From Lama guanicoe (lineage: Eukaryota), in contig MU053881.1 of the NCBI GenBank assembly GCA_013239625.1, positions 9,881,957-9,945,956 on the forward strand: a DNA stretch of 64,000 nucleotides, read 5' to 3'. Both the position numbers and the translations under genes were made by a program. The notes beneath the pieces were generated by a model. The model saw only the letters and a list, made by a program, of their open reading frames with translations. It did not search any database and was not told the DNA's origin. Positions 39,215 through 52,574 of this stretch are shown here, piece after piece (the first letter of the stretch is position 1; the number at the start of each line of letters is the position of its first letter).

Positions 39215-39750
39215 TGTTGGGAGACACTTCTCCGTACATCTGTGGCATTCCTACCCGCTCAGTAATTAAAAGCCCGTATGCTCCGGGCCTACTTTTTAGG
39301 AACGCTTATACAAGCAGGCATCTCCGGAAAGAAGGAAAACAAGATCTCCTGAGGAACATACGTATAAACAGTCCTGGATAAGTCAAGTCAGCAGAGTGAG
39401 TTTTTCCTGAGAGATTTAGAGACATAAGACCTCTCTCCTTGAAGATATGTGCTCACATTCCGTGATAGTAACAATAATCTCTCTCTTTTGGAGGGAGAAT
39501 GGGCAGATCTGCAAGCGACCCTTACCTAAGAGTAGAGTCTCCTAAATGCAGTCAGAGTCTCCTCTCTTGTAACGTCCCCACTGCAGATACAGGTGCCATC
39601 TGGTCCTCACCAAACTGCCCCGAGGGACTGAGTCTCAGGGAACTGCTCCTATAACTGATGGCTGCTTTTGTTGTGAGTAATAATCTGTCCGTGTCTCTGA
39701 TCCCGGGGTCTCCTAGTTTCTTAGAATCTTCATACTTCCCAATTTAACAC
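39215..39750 (+). mobile_element. ERVL solo LTR (LTR40-like)
   Basis: Starts tgttgggagacacttctcc; 3' part cttttgttgtgagtaataatctgtccgtgtctctgatcccggggtctc. Confidence 0.7.
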
Positions 39751-39899
39751 ACATAAGAAATAAGTTAGCACATTTTAGACTGAATGGCCAGAAGTCTGGC
39801 CAAGCTGTAATGCGTCACAGCTTCAGGTTTTTTTTTTTTTTTTCAAGCTTAGCGAGAGAGACACTGTATCTCTCTTCAGCCTGTACGTGGTGGTCATGT

Positions 39900-40045
39900 T
39901 GGAATGGGATGCCACCAGAATGACAGCTCCATGATGGTGGGGGTTTCCGTCTATTTCATATTCATGGCTGTATCCTCCGTGTCTAGAGCAACACCTGGTA
40001 GACAGCAGGTACACAGTCAGTTTTCACTGATTGAATGAATGATGG
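39900..40045 (+). mobile_element. L2 3' end
   Basis: gctgtatcctccgtgtctagagcaacacctggtagacagcaggtacacagtcagttttcactgattgaatgaatga. Confidence 0.7.
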
Positions 40046-40964
40046 GTACAGACAGCCTTCTTCTGTCTTGCCTCAACTCACAGACCACCACCATAGGAAC
40101 CAAGAAAAAGAATAAACATTCCTGATGGATGGTGATGCTGGACTGGAGGAGAAAAACTGCCTTTCTGTCTTTGGGTAAGGAAAAAAGAAATATTATTAAT
40201 ACGTGAGTTATGAGTCTATATTAAAAAATAATTTCCTCTGGATGCTTGGTTTCATTTGGACCCGTCATACCAAATACAGTAAATAAATTATGTTAAAAAA
40301 AATAAGTTCCAAACCAAATAAATGTACATATACCTGCAGGCATTCCAACTGGATTTTTTAAAACTCAAAAAGTAATTACGCCATTATCTATTACTGGACG
40401 TAGTGAGCTGTGAAGAGATAGTGGAATTCATGTCTACTATTACCGAGTCATTTTTTTTTCTTGCTAAGAACTAATATGTCAGAAAAGTAGCCAAGAATAA
40501 AAAAAAAGGAAACATTAGAAATACTGATATTAATAACTATTACGGTCATATAGCACAAATAGGGAAACAGATACATTGATAAGAAGTAAAAATCCGCATC
40601 AGTGTCACTTTGTGCTCAGATTCTAAAAACTACCCTAACAATATTACTACACTTACTAATTGCATTTTGTTTGAACATGTGAAACACGTGCTGGCTACTA
40701 ACAGGATTGATGCAACATGAGATTTAAAGGAAATAATAACTTTCTTAAAGTGAGCTCGAAGGTACTGATACTATGATTATTTTTAAGGCTTCTGGCCATG
40801 GCAAAATGTGTAAAAAATGTACTCATTTGCCTGAGATAAAACGATTCCATTTATTTCATTTTTCATATTTCTGCGAGTCTCCCTTTGGGGGTTTTAAGAG
40901 TAGGAACAAGATTCTTGCATTATTTCAAGCAGAAACAGGTAACAGCAAAAACAAAATTAACAGG

Positions 40965-41190
40965 TAAAATGTCCTGAGCCTGTAGCCTATGCCAGGAGCT
41001 GCAGTAAGGGTGTCATTCATCCTTCCAGAAGCCCTATGATCCGAGAACGGTCATATGGCCCACTTTCCAGATGAGAGATCTGAGGCTGAAAGGGGGCAAA
41101 TAACTCGCCCAAGAGGATGACACCTGCCGCAGAGGAACTAGGATCCCATGCTCAGCAGTCAAAGCCTTGATCACGGCACTATTCGGTGTT
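40965..41190 (-). mobile_element. MIR SINE
   Basis: cccactttccagatgagagatctgaggctgaaagggggcaaataactcgcccaag. Confidence 0.7.
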
Positions 41191-43014
41191 TATGAAAACT
41201 CCTGCTAGGCACTGAGCAAGCACCTGGCAGGGGGTCTGCTGAGTGACCCAGGTCTGCCGGCACCATCGGCAGCCCGTGCTGAGTCTGGCTGCAGTGTGGC
41301 TGACACCAGGCCTCTCAGCACTGGTGGCATAAAACTGGAAGGTGATGAATGGCAAAGAAATAATCATGATCTGCTTCGTGAACCAATCTGCACTCAGGAT
41401 CTTGTCTTTGCTGCACCTCTTCCTTATTGCCCTGTGTCTACCTTTTTTGATTCCCGCTTAGAAGACCCGCCCCTACCGAGGGACACTTCAGAAACAAAAA
41501 TTTAGCTTGGCTTCACATCACCTTTTGGTGGTCTATATTGCTTTTCCCTGCTAAGAACAGCAGTGCAAACTAGGAGTCCATTACGCACGGGCACTAAAAA
41601 CTTAGCGAAAAGTCTGACTCCTTCTCAGTGACACACCCAGCCTTTAAAGTATTTAGAGTATTCTGATATGAATGCCTCTCCAAGCTACCCTTCCTATCTT
41701 ACGTTGTCCCTGAATCCCCAGGGAACATTTCAGCCACATCAGAGTCGGGTTTTGTCTTTACCCAGACATTCCGGACACTTGCTCCAGGACCTGGGGACTC
41801 CTAATCCCTGATTAAGTAACTTCTAGCCCAAGCTCACATCCTAAATCTTCTGAGACTCTGACTGTCCTCAACCAAAGGGACTTCCCTTTGTCGCAACCAT
41901 GCAGTCCACACTGATTGACCATAAATGGATGGTTTAGAATCATATAAAATATGACTGCTAAAATCTCCCCAACTTGGTGTGAAAATAGATGAAGATGGCC
42001 ATTAAGGAGTCTCTAATTGAGTTAATTATGAACTTCATTTTAAGCAATTCAGAATCATCCTTATGTGATATACCCATATGTGTTGTGGGAGTTCTGAGAA
42101 AGAATAGAAATTATTCTGCGAACTGAAATATTTAATTCCACGATTCCTATGCTCTTCTAGTGAACACCAGTGAAACCGAAAATAAAAGTGACGCAGTCAG
42201 ATGAGAGTTCCCAAATCACATTATCTACTGGTAAGTTGCAATGTGTAGCATATGAAAGGTCTGAGAAGCTTTTCAGTTAAAAAGAAAAACACAAAAAACA
42301 AACAGAAAAACAACTTAGCTTTTTAACTCCCCTCACCCCATTTCCAAGTTGGATTTTTACCGTGGAACACCTCCCTCACAGAAAAATGATTAAGAACACA
42401 TGGAATCATTTTTATATAACATGCACAGCCATGATGTAGTCTCTGAAGAAACAGTCTGAGAGAAACAGAAGTGAAATAATATTTCTATTCTGCTTATGAA
42501 TCTCCTGTATATATTTGGAAGTTAAGGGGTGAGGTCATGGCTTTGAACAACCTGGGGGTGGTGAGGATTCTACCGTTCTAAAATAACGATTGTGCTTCCT
42601 CAATCCTAATTTATTTAAAGTTTTAATCAGGCTTTGAAGTTGGACTAAAACTCCCAGAAAAGGCTCTACTTTCAATGAGTATTTGGCCACCAAGAAGATT
42701 GACCAAGGGTCACCTTTCCTAGAACACCCAGCTCATCTCTTGAACACGTGAGTTCAAGATTTGAGTCCACGATTTGAGTCTATCTTAGATAAAGTAGTCA
42801 CCTATTTGGGGGCTTTGAAGAGCTCAGGGCCCAACCTGAGTCTACCCTCCTTCAACCAAAAAACTGCACACAGAAGAGATGATTGTCAAAGTGTTCATTC
42901 TCTGCATCTGTTTCACTATACCACTGGGCACTGCAGATATATTTTGCAGGGTGAAGAGCCCAAAATGAATAGTTAAAATGATCTGCAGAGAAGGAGTAGC
43001 CTCTGGCATTTGCC

Positions 43015-43225
43015 TGAGGAGTAGTACAGAGGTTTGGAATACAGCTTCTGAGTCAGATAAACCAAGGATAAAATCCAGCTCTGCTTTTACTACTGTGTGA
43101 CTTTTGGCCAGTTATTTGCTTAGAGAAATCATCTCTAAGCAAAACCAGCTTGTTAAAAAAAATGTGGTTAGAAGGTTTAACTGAGATAGTATGCATAACA
43201 CTTAATAAATATTAGGATGATTTCT
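43015..43225 (+). mobile_element. MIR SINE
   Basis: gcttctgagtcagataaaccaaggataaaatccagctctgcttttactactgtgtgacttttggccagttat. Confidence 0.7.
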
Positions 43226-43284
43226 ATTGCGCTGTCTACTACTTCTCGCACTACTGTTCCTTTAAATTGCCACTTAAGAAGAAT

Positions 43285-43830
43285 CATTTGTTAAATTTAA
43301 TGGTTATTGCTAATCTGTTCAGTGCCAGGGCCATGCTAAACTTGAACGACACAGCAATGAACAAGATATAGTCACTACATGTAAGAGCTCAGGGTCTTGG
43401 GAGAAAGGCAGATCAGTAAACTCAAAATTGAGATACAGTCTGGAAAGTACTCCAAGTCAGGGACGCCCAGCGTATCCTGGGGACACAGAACAAGTCAACT
43501 CAGCAGAGGTGAGATCAGGACAGCACTCCAAGAAGCAGAAGCGGCTGAGGTGACTATGAGGGCACAAAGAATTAGCCAGTTGGGCAAAGATAGAGATGGG
43601 TGGGTGGAGGAGAGGGAAAAAGCATTTCGGCCTGGCTGAGGGAGCTCTGAAAGTTTGAAAAATTTGCAAGTCATGTTTTTAAGCACGTAAAAAGGGGTTA
43701 CGCTGTGCCGTGGGGCCAAGGGGAATGCTCTATTCTCTAGTTCTCATCCAAAGGATGACAGTGTGATTTGGACGGATGCAGGGGACGGTATTAGGGAAGA
43801 GACCTAGTAGCCAGCTTCTGAAATTGTCGA
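43285..43830 (-). mobile_element. Degenerate L2
   Basis: gtgccagggccatgctaa...acacagcaatgaacaagatatagtc followed by purine-rich L2 sequence. Confidence 0.6.
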
Positions 43831-46800
43831 GGTCATTAATATTCAACACATTATCTGCATGTCACCTGTTCTGGGTAACGTGATCAAATAATCAGGTCTT
43901 CTCCATAAGAGCTCTCTACTAGTGTAGCAGATGAAGAAATCATTGGTGCCCACCTTTTTTTTTCCTTTGTTACAGACTCACTATAAAGGAATAAAATCTC
44001 CCTACTCCCAACTTACCTTGGGCAGCCTCAGCTTGGGGTCTTACAGGTATAGGCTCTCTTATTTGTAGACAAAAAAATGAGAGGTTCTTTTCCCCCCTTT
44101 TTTCTCTTACTTTCCTTTTGTTTTTTTGTTTGTTTGTTTCCCTCTTACTTTCCTTTTGCTTTTTAAGCCTAGGATCTAAAATATAAAGAAACATCTGGAT
44201 TATTTTCAAGAAAGAGGGCTCTTGATTTATGGAGAACCAGTCGGACTCCAGGGAACTGCCAAGTTATTTCTAGAGTGGCCAGACCTCCCATCAGTCGACG
44301 GAGAGGCCAGGTGAGGCACTGAAAAATAAATCCTGCAATCTTGGGTCCCGAGCAAAAGATGCAGGGGCCAAATGTGGCCTGGGTGAATGGCCAGGCGTCC
44401 CAAGAGGCCAGTGGAATTTAGGACTAAGTATCTCAGAGGTTATCACTGAAGACTAAGGAACAGAATGCCCTCCAGAGTCTCAGAGATCTTAAGGAAGAGC
44501 TCCCACTCTGCCCCCAGGAGGAAACGTGCATTTCTCACAAATCCCAGGTGGAGGAGGAGGGGTTGGGGACAGCAGGCAATGTGAATTTGCATAACAAATT
44601 AACTAAGTGTTACCAAAACTTGAGGTTGTGAGCTGAAGTTAGCAAGTTAACAGACTAGCTACAGTAGGGGAAGACCCTGGTGGTAAGTCGGGTTGCCACG
44701 CAGAACTTGCCACAAAGGACATAGTGCCCATGTCAATACACTTATTTAAAGCTGGAATTTTCAGGCAGCTCATCTTATTTGCAATCTGTTATCAGAGCTG
44801 ATTGGATCTGCTTGTAGTTTTCACTTACTGCTGTTCTGTTTTTTTTATTATTATTATAGATTACTATTACTTTACTCATTATAGATTTAGTTTTTATTCA
44901 TTGTCTGGGTCACCCCAAAGTCTACAGGTTACTCTACCAGTGTTTTTGGCCTATAATTCTTTAATAATAAGACTTAGAAAGATATTTATGTTCAAAGATG
45001 AACCACTGACATTCCTAGTGCTAAAGACGTGTTACAGCCGTGAGGTGCCACTCCAGTCTTTGGATACTTTCGTGACACTTAAATAGCTTGTGAAATACTA
45101 TGAGAAGTGAGTGCATATTTTAAGTTTATAGGACATCTGCTTATATTCCTAGGACACTGCGTTTGTAAATAAGCTTGCTTTTTTTTTTTTTTAATCGACT
45201 AAATGATGCCCAATTCATCTACATCGTAGGAAAAACTCTACTTCCTTTGTTGTTTTGTCCCTTTGAATTAATTGCTCATTGACAGACTTATTTTCCACTG
45301 AAAAGCACCCTTGGGTGGGACTGGAGGGAGCTGTGCTCCATGTTCTCTGGCCCTCTGAAAATGGAGCGTGATCCAAAAAATTTGAGAATTGCTGGTATGA
45401 ATTTCGTGAAGTGAGGAGACCTTCAAGATAGGCAGGAAATCCTCTGAGGAAGGGGTGGTAAATTTCATCATCACCCGGGGCAGACAAGCCCTCGGCATTA
45501 TATTAACCTTTCAGGTTAACCTGCAGCTTAGGCAGAAGTGGAGAATGTAGGGAGGACCTCCGTGAGCCACTCTCCATCACTCACTTAGCTTCCCAACCTT
45601 CTCCGTGCTCGGAATTAATGGATAAAATCCCTACCCACTTGCAACCTGCTTCCCCATATGCACCTGCATTGCTTGCCACCAGTATTCTGAATAAAGACTC
45701 TTTTACCTCCCCTGACAAATCTAACCATGATTCTAGGGCCAATAAGAGTCATAATTTATAGATCAGCAATAGCAGAAAGCAAACAATCATACTCTGGATA
45801 TGATCAATATTAAGTATCTGATTATATGTCTAGAAAATTTGATCTGGAGAGATACAAACCAAATTATTAATAGTGGAGAATTGCGGCAAAGGGATTATTG
45901 GAAACTTTCATCTTCTATCCTATATGTATTTTAACAATATTTGATTTCTCAAGTAGAAAGCACGTACTGCCTTATAATCAGGCTAGACTGACGGGCGTTT
46001 TGGTTTTGTTTTAGGATTCAGATATTGTCTTCTCCTACGCCTCACAATTCAAAAACACAAAGAGATGGGACTGGAATCTATGTTCTGTGGGCTCTCTAAT
46101 CAGCCACAAACCACTTAACATCTCGACTGCCATTTGTACAATTGTTTACTTAATATTTTAGCTTCATCCCAAGCAATAAAACCTGGGAAATGATGTGTTT
46201 GAAATGCTAGTGATATTAAAATAAATACCTGTCCTTTCAGGCACCGCTGCGGTGACTTTGCACAACCTCATCCGGGAGCTGCACTGAGGAGGAACTTTCA
46301 TCAGAGGGCTCCCAAGATTCCTTTCAATCCCAAGACTCTACAAGTTCTGGGAAGAAAAAACTAACCACCCTGCTGCTTTTTATCAAACCGAACTTGTCTA
46401 CTTTCTCAGTTCCTCAGGTAGCACTGGATGATTCAGCATTGGATGCAGTTTTCCAGACGATTTTCTTGACTATGGAACATTGCACAATGCAGGGGCAGCC
46501 TAATACTTTTTCAGTCAAGGATCAGATAGTAAATATTCTAGGTTTTGGGGGCCCCCTTCCCCTCCTCTGTCTCATCTTAGTCTTTGTCTTCCACAATGTT
46601 CTAGAAAGGTAGAAACCACGCTCAGCTCCTAAGCTGCATGAAAAGAGGCCATGGACTGGATGTGACCCACCGCCCATAGCTCTGACCCCTGGGATGGTAC
46701 CTTGACGCATCCAGCAGAGTTTGGTAAAAATACAGGTAGTTTGGGCATAGCAGGCGTGCAAGAGATACTTGTTGGTTTGATCTGGAGAGGAATTAGTATT

Positions 46801-49800
46801 CATACAGCTCTGTTCTTCTCTTAGTCAACAGCTTCAGCGAGAGTCTGGGTGGTGGAGAATGGTAACACGGAATGGCTCAATTTTCCATGGATTTTAATTA
46901 TCCAGATCATTTCTCTCCGCCCCCTAACACCTCACCCCACCACTGGTATAACAAGTCCCTCAAAACTCTCTGTGGTTCATTGCCTCTGTCAGTGCCCAGA
47001 AGTTCAGAACCCCTTCGTGAAGCCCAGTGTGGGAGTGGAAGAGACACACCTTTGCAGAGGCCACGGTTGGCTTTTAAAATATATTTGAGTTTGAACAATT
47101 TCACATTCATTTCTGTTAATGACTGGGGAAGTGAAGCTTTCCTTTGAGTCACTTTTTCCTTTTCGAAAAGAGTGTCTGCATTTCACCTTTACGGGAAGCT
47201 CTGGGCTTACTGCCTCATCCCACATCAAAACTCCCCCCTGGGATTTCCACCTTCAAACAAGTGAAACAAATGCATTCCCGCAGGGGGGCGTGCTGTCAAA
47301 GAGGAGGGAAGTGATCCTGATATCAGAACGATTCAGGTAGGATTGCCTCCTCAGAGGAAATCAGCGGCTGATGGAGAATACTTTCAGTGGGGGACCACTT
47401 AGCACTCCATCCCACGTGCTCCCAATCTCTTTAGAGCCAGTTAGGGGAAAAAAAAGTCCCTCTACATTTACATAAGCCAACAAAGTGTATAATGGACGAT
47501 GAGACTCAGCATGAGCCACCCAATATGTTCTGATTACCTTTATCTTAACCTTCCCCAATTAATGGAAGCTTTCCCACAAAAAAAGTCATATTCCCCTGGA
47601 ACAAAGCCTTCCTTCTCTCTAAATCTGCCCCATTTTACCATTTACCTAAAAGAAAAGATGGATAAGGAGAGATGCTTCTTATTAAAAACAAAAAAGAAAA
47701 GAAAAGCAAAAGAAAAAAGAAAAGAAAAAAGTAGTTCCATTAGCAACTTTGGTAAGAAATTGCTCCACATTGTTCCTCTGACAAGTAATTTTTCCCAGCA
47801 TGTGTGCATCTTAAAAGTATTGCAAAAACAATATCTTAAAATGAACTGATTAGTATGCATGCTCTGTGGTCACATTTAAGTTCTATTTATAAAATCTATT
47901 CTGTTCCAGGCTCAGACAAACAAAACTGAAATGCAGCTGTGTAACACATTGATAATTTTCATTAGTTCTAAAAGCCTCAATAGAATTTGCAATTTTATTC
48001 ATTACATCTAAATAATCCTGGAAAACCCATTGTGAAGGTGACCTTTCACTTTTTCCCCCCTGGCCTTGGTGACTTGTCAGTGTGTATTTGTGTGTGTGTG
48101 TGTGTGTCTTTGTGTGCACGTGAATCAGTAAGGGATGGGTGGAGGGGAAGGACATTTTTGCAAGAGTGAAGCACAAAACAGAACAAGAAATCAAGTCAGG
48201 CAAAGACGAAAACTGAGGCATAGGGAATCAAAATCACCCACATGGATTCTGAAAGCCCTTCTAACTAGGGGCATCCTGCCATCATCCCCCAGATGTGAAC
48301 AAGCCCAGATTTCTGAAATCACTGTGATACTGCGGGCAAATGTGGACTGTATTCTAATTCACTGGGAAGCGGTTCTCTTTTTTTGATCTGCAGGGATGAG
48401 GATTTTCCCAGAGAGTGAGCCAAAGGACAGGCCCATGAGAAACAAACAGCTCTGCTCCTTTCAACTCAAACTCGTTCTTGCAAAACACAAGAGTGCCAAC
48501 TTTGGGGATGGCTTTTCTTACTGGGAGCATTTCTAGTGTGTGGACCTTGAAAAATCATTTTCAACACGCACACTTCCCAGAATGTTGGCAGCCAGCCATG
48601 AAAACCGCAAAGAAGTCTTCAGAAAATTAAGATAACAAAAAATAAGTACAGGACAGGGAAGGTAAAAACAATAAAGACAAACACTTGCAATTTTAGCAGC
48701 TACCGAGATGATGCTTCAACACTGACCAGGCAATTAAAACAATAAAACCTTGTGTGTACAGAACAGGAGGCACCTGTCTTAGGTAAATACATATGTGTGG
48801 CGACAAAGGCACACACTTAAGAGCTTATCTGATAATTGTTAATTTGGGACTAAAGACAATGACAGTTATGAATTACCCATTACACACAAGTGCCACCTCG
48901 CGTATTGCATCTTCCCTGAGCCAGGGTCTCAGCAAGGATTACATTATCTCAGTGTCTCTAAAGGCATCACATTTAGCAAAAGGAGGAGGCAAGTCGGGGT
49001 AGTGGCAAGGTGAAATTCAGGGGAATATTAGGTTAAGCAAAGTTAAGATGGCTTCTTTAACAGTTTAGAACTTTTAACAGGAGAATATCAGTTGTTAACC
49101 TCCAAGAGAGAGGATGCAGTACAAGGCATTGCCCACAGTGATGAAACCACAAAGAGAACTTTCTTCTTTTCCCCCCTTTGCCTTTCTCTGTAGAGTATCC
49201 TGTAGACTTAGGGTTCAGAGAACATTTTCTTGCGGTGGGGGGAAATGCTACTTCATCTGAATAATTACTTGAACAGCCACTGTCAACTAACAGAAATTGA
49301 GGTTCAGAGGGAAGACCACTGTAGAATAATTCATCTTGAGTGAGGAGAGAGAGAAGGGAAGCACGGCCACCTGGGTTCCTTTGAGACAGACTGGACTCTC
49401 CAAGGACTCAGAGACGAAAACACATGGGCAAAAGAGGGGTAAGTGTGGGAATGTTCACTTTGCTCACTTTCTGCCTTTTGGTGCTACAATTTAAGATGGA
49501 AATTTGCCAACAAATTTGAAAGGTTCTACATGTTTCCTTGTCAACGGTCAGAAAAACGAGCATCTTCCCACGAATGCATTACAGGTTTATCAAAAACGTG
49601 GCTATAAATGTGAAATTCCACCTCATGTCAAAACATCTATATATCCAGTGACATTCAGGAGAAGGCAGCCTACACCGTTAGACTTTGAGACGGTAGTTTG
49701 GCACCAAAGGACTCTTCCGTGAAGAGATGTCCTGTCAACATCTGAGAGAGTACGGAAAGGGCACAGAGCAAGGGACATGCACCTCTGTTCTCAAGGGTGA

Positions 49801-51434
49801 AGAGTTCTAGAGCTCAGTCTCGAGAAGGAAGGTTCCCTGACTCACCTACGTTACCACTGAAGAAGCAGAGACTGTTCAATGGCTTTACCTCATGAAGATT
49901 CATAGGCTTGGAAACCTATGCAGCGATCCCTTTATTCTGAACATGGCTAGGACCACAGACAAGCTTACGTGCAGTGTACGACAATCAAGCCCTAAGAGCT
50001 GCCGGCACGTAACACTAGTTGGGAGATTTTACTAGAATCAAATACAGGCAACTAAGAGCATATGGACCTACAATTAGGTAACAGGTTGCAGCCATTGTGG
50101 TGCTAACTGGGCTTGGTGGAGCTATTAGAGTTTGGTCATTTTTTTAGAAATATTTGTGTAAAATATGTACTTGAAATAAGTCATACACAGATACACTTTG
50201 AAATTAATGAATATTCTACCAATTAAAAAAAACCTGTCAATCATTACATCATTTAGAAATTTTAGATCCAGTGGGTATGTAAATGACATTACTGCTGTTG
50301 ATGTGTGTTGGTTCCACAGTGGCTGATAAAGGGAAATGTTTATTATCCTTTTTCAACATCAGGTGAGCCAAGCTGTTATTGCCAAGTAACAGAACTTCTG
50401 AATGATCTGGCAGCTTGCTGCACTATTATTTTAGCATTTCCTCCTATGGTATCTTTAAATTGCTTTAATAATGGCAAGCAAGTGTTCATTTTCTAGCCAT
50501 GATCATGCTCCAGCTGAAAAGTAGGAACTTCAGAAAGAATTTTACCTGGGATGAAAGCTGGGAAGGCCAAAGAACTACTATCATACAAAATGTTGTGTAT
50601 TTAGGCCAGGATGCTGTGGGAATTATTGAAGATGGGATGCTGACAAAATAAAAAAGCAACTCCAGTCTAGCTACACTTTGAGTGTGTAAAAATTATCTCA
50701 TATAACCAGGCAAATAAGGTGGAAGAAAGGCTGGGGACAACGGCCACAAAAAATCAACCCCTAAGTTATAGCCAAGACAGACTTAAAGGCTTTGTGAATG
50801 CACTCCGATTACATCCTGTTGGTTACTATGGCAAAATTAACACTGCATTAGGCCAGTTCTGAATGCTGAAACCTTTTTAGGAAAATACCTTTGGCATAAA
50901 ACAACACCGCCCTGCACTAGCATTTCATTTCTTCTGAACAACATCAACTGCCAAGCCAACCCAACAAAGATGCACCTGAGTGCTGTTCTGTACAACGAGA
51001 AAACAAGAGGAATGGCTCACATTTACTGCTTGGTATGCACCTAGCAGATGCTAAGACTTTCTACCCACTTTTCATAATACCTAACAATCATGCATTGATG
51101 TGTCTGCTGGCATTATGCATATTTAATAGTGACTTTTATGACGTTTAAAGGGTTGATATTATTGCCCAAGATCACACCATTTCACCCATGGGTTCTGCAA
51201 GTCCACAGCCCCCCACTCTTAACCACAAACTACATGAAGGCAGAGTTAAGACAGAAGTACCTGAGAGCTCGGTTACCCTGCCTTTCCTTCCTGAATTTGC
51301 CTTGCTTCGACAGAGCGTGGTTTTGATGTGTTTGTAACGCTAAGAAAAATTGTAAATTACCGTGCACACTGTTATTTCTTTAATTCCATAAAAGGAAGAT
51401 AATAAGGATAATGAGGACTGTGCCTTGGTAATTC

Positions 51435-51680
51435 CAGGGCGATGTTTTTGTGGGTGGGTTTCGAAGCACATGGCGTGCAATTAGAGATAACGTGGACGGT
51501 GCCCTGTCTTCTGGGCCTGTGCCGTCCGCCGGGCGTCTGCTGAGAGCGCCCGATGTGTGTGGGGCGGGGGTCGAGTGGACATTTCGCTGGCCTCTCAAGC
51601 TGGAGAGCCCTCAGGGTTTTGGCAGCAGCATGCGCCCTCGAATGACTCATAATGGAGATCTACCAGGGAGGCGGCTTTAT
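51435..51680. promoter_or_regulatory. Small CpG-rich patch, candidate enhancer or alternative promoter
   Basis: About 17 CpGs in about 240 bp (hand count) against a CpG-poor background; GC box ggggcggggg; NRF1-like gcatgcgc; perfect AP-1 site ATGACTCAT at 51642-51650. Confidence 0.55.
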
Positions 51681-52574
51681 TATATTTTAAATCTAGTTTT
51701 TCGTTCTCCTCCTGACAATACTTCCACCTTGTCTTGGACGTCTTCCCTGTACTTAAAATCGCCACAGTCACCAGGAAAGTGACTCTTGAAACTGTGGCCC
51801 ACTTGCTTTCCTGTTTATTCTCTTGCTATGACTTTCATCGTAACTTTTCAGAAGGCACCGACCAGAAGAGAGCTCTTCTCCCTGCCAAGGCATTTAAGCT
51901 CAGCAGAAGCAGATGTCCAGCTGTGTAATTTCTGCCCAAGTGTCACTGATATATTATTGAGGAAACATCAGATCAGATGAGGACGGGAAAAATGAGAGCC
52001 TCTCCCACCCCGTCTCTCTGCTTGACCTACACTCCATTAACCTTCCAGCCCACATATTCCCCGAACCTTTACCCAAGTGTTATGGGGGAAGAAAAAAAAA
52101 AAACAAAAAGCACTTCTTTTTCCGTATGTGCTGTTCAATGGTGCTTTTGGTTTGCATGTTTTTTTTTAAAAAATTGTTGTCACTCGTCCTTTTTTCTTTC
52201 TTTTTTTTTCCATACCATGTTCTACCCCCTGTCCCTGCCAAGACAACCTGACATGCATCCTTCCACATTCCAAACTGTCCCTGAAGTGTTAGTGATTGCT
52301 ACTTCAGAAAAAGAAAAGCATCACATTCTTCACACTGCTCTGCACCTTGCTTTATTTACTCACTCACACAACTTGACCACTTGTTTTTAAGTATCTCTCA
52401 CCTCAGTTGCTCCTGGGCTCCTTACCATGGGAGTCCGTTGCTTGGATAGGTTAAAGACTCTGATGGCAATACTCCAGAGAGTTTATTCACGACATTCCAC
52501 CAGCTGGCCCACTCTCAGCTAATACTGAGTAGGAAGGGAAAGACGCACCAGTAATACATCTGCTCTTAAAGCAC

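Noticed and set aside
44010..44065. Minus-strand donor ccaag|gtaagt with a possible ~41-nt exon
   Set aside because: Acceptor is weak (aataag) and the region may be an old LTR remnant
49840..49875. Possible 11-nt micro-exon cttcttcag|tggtaacgtag|gtgagt
   Set aside because: Short pyrimidine tract with a competing AG close upstream; not supportable from sequence alone
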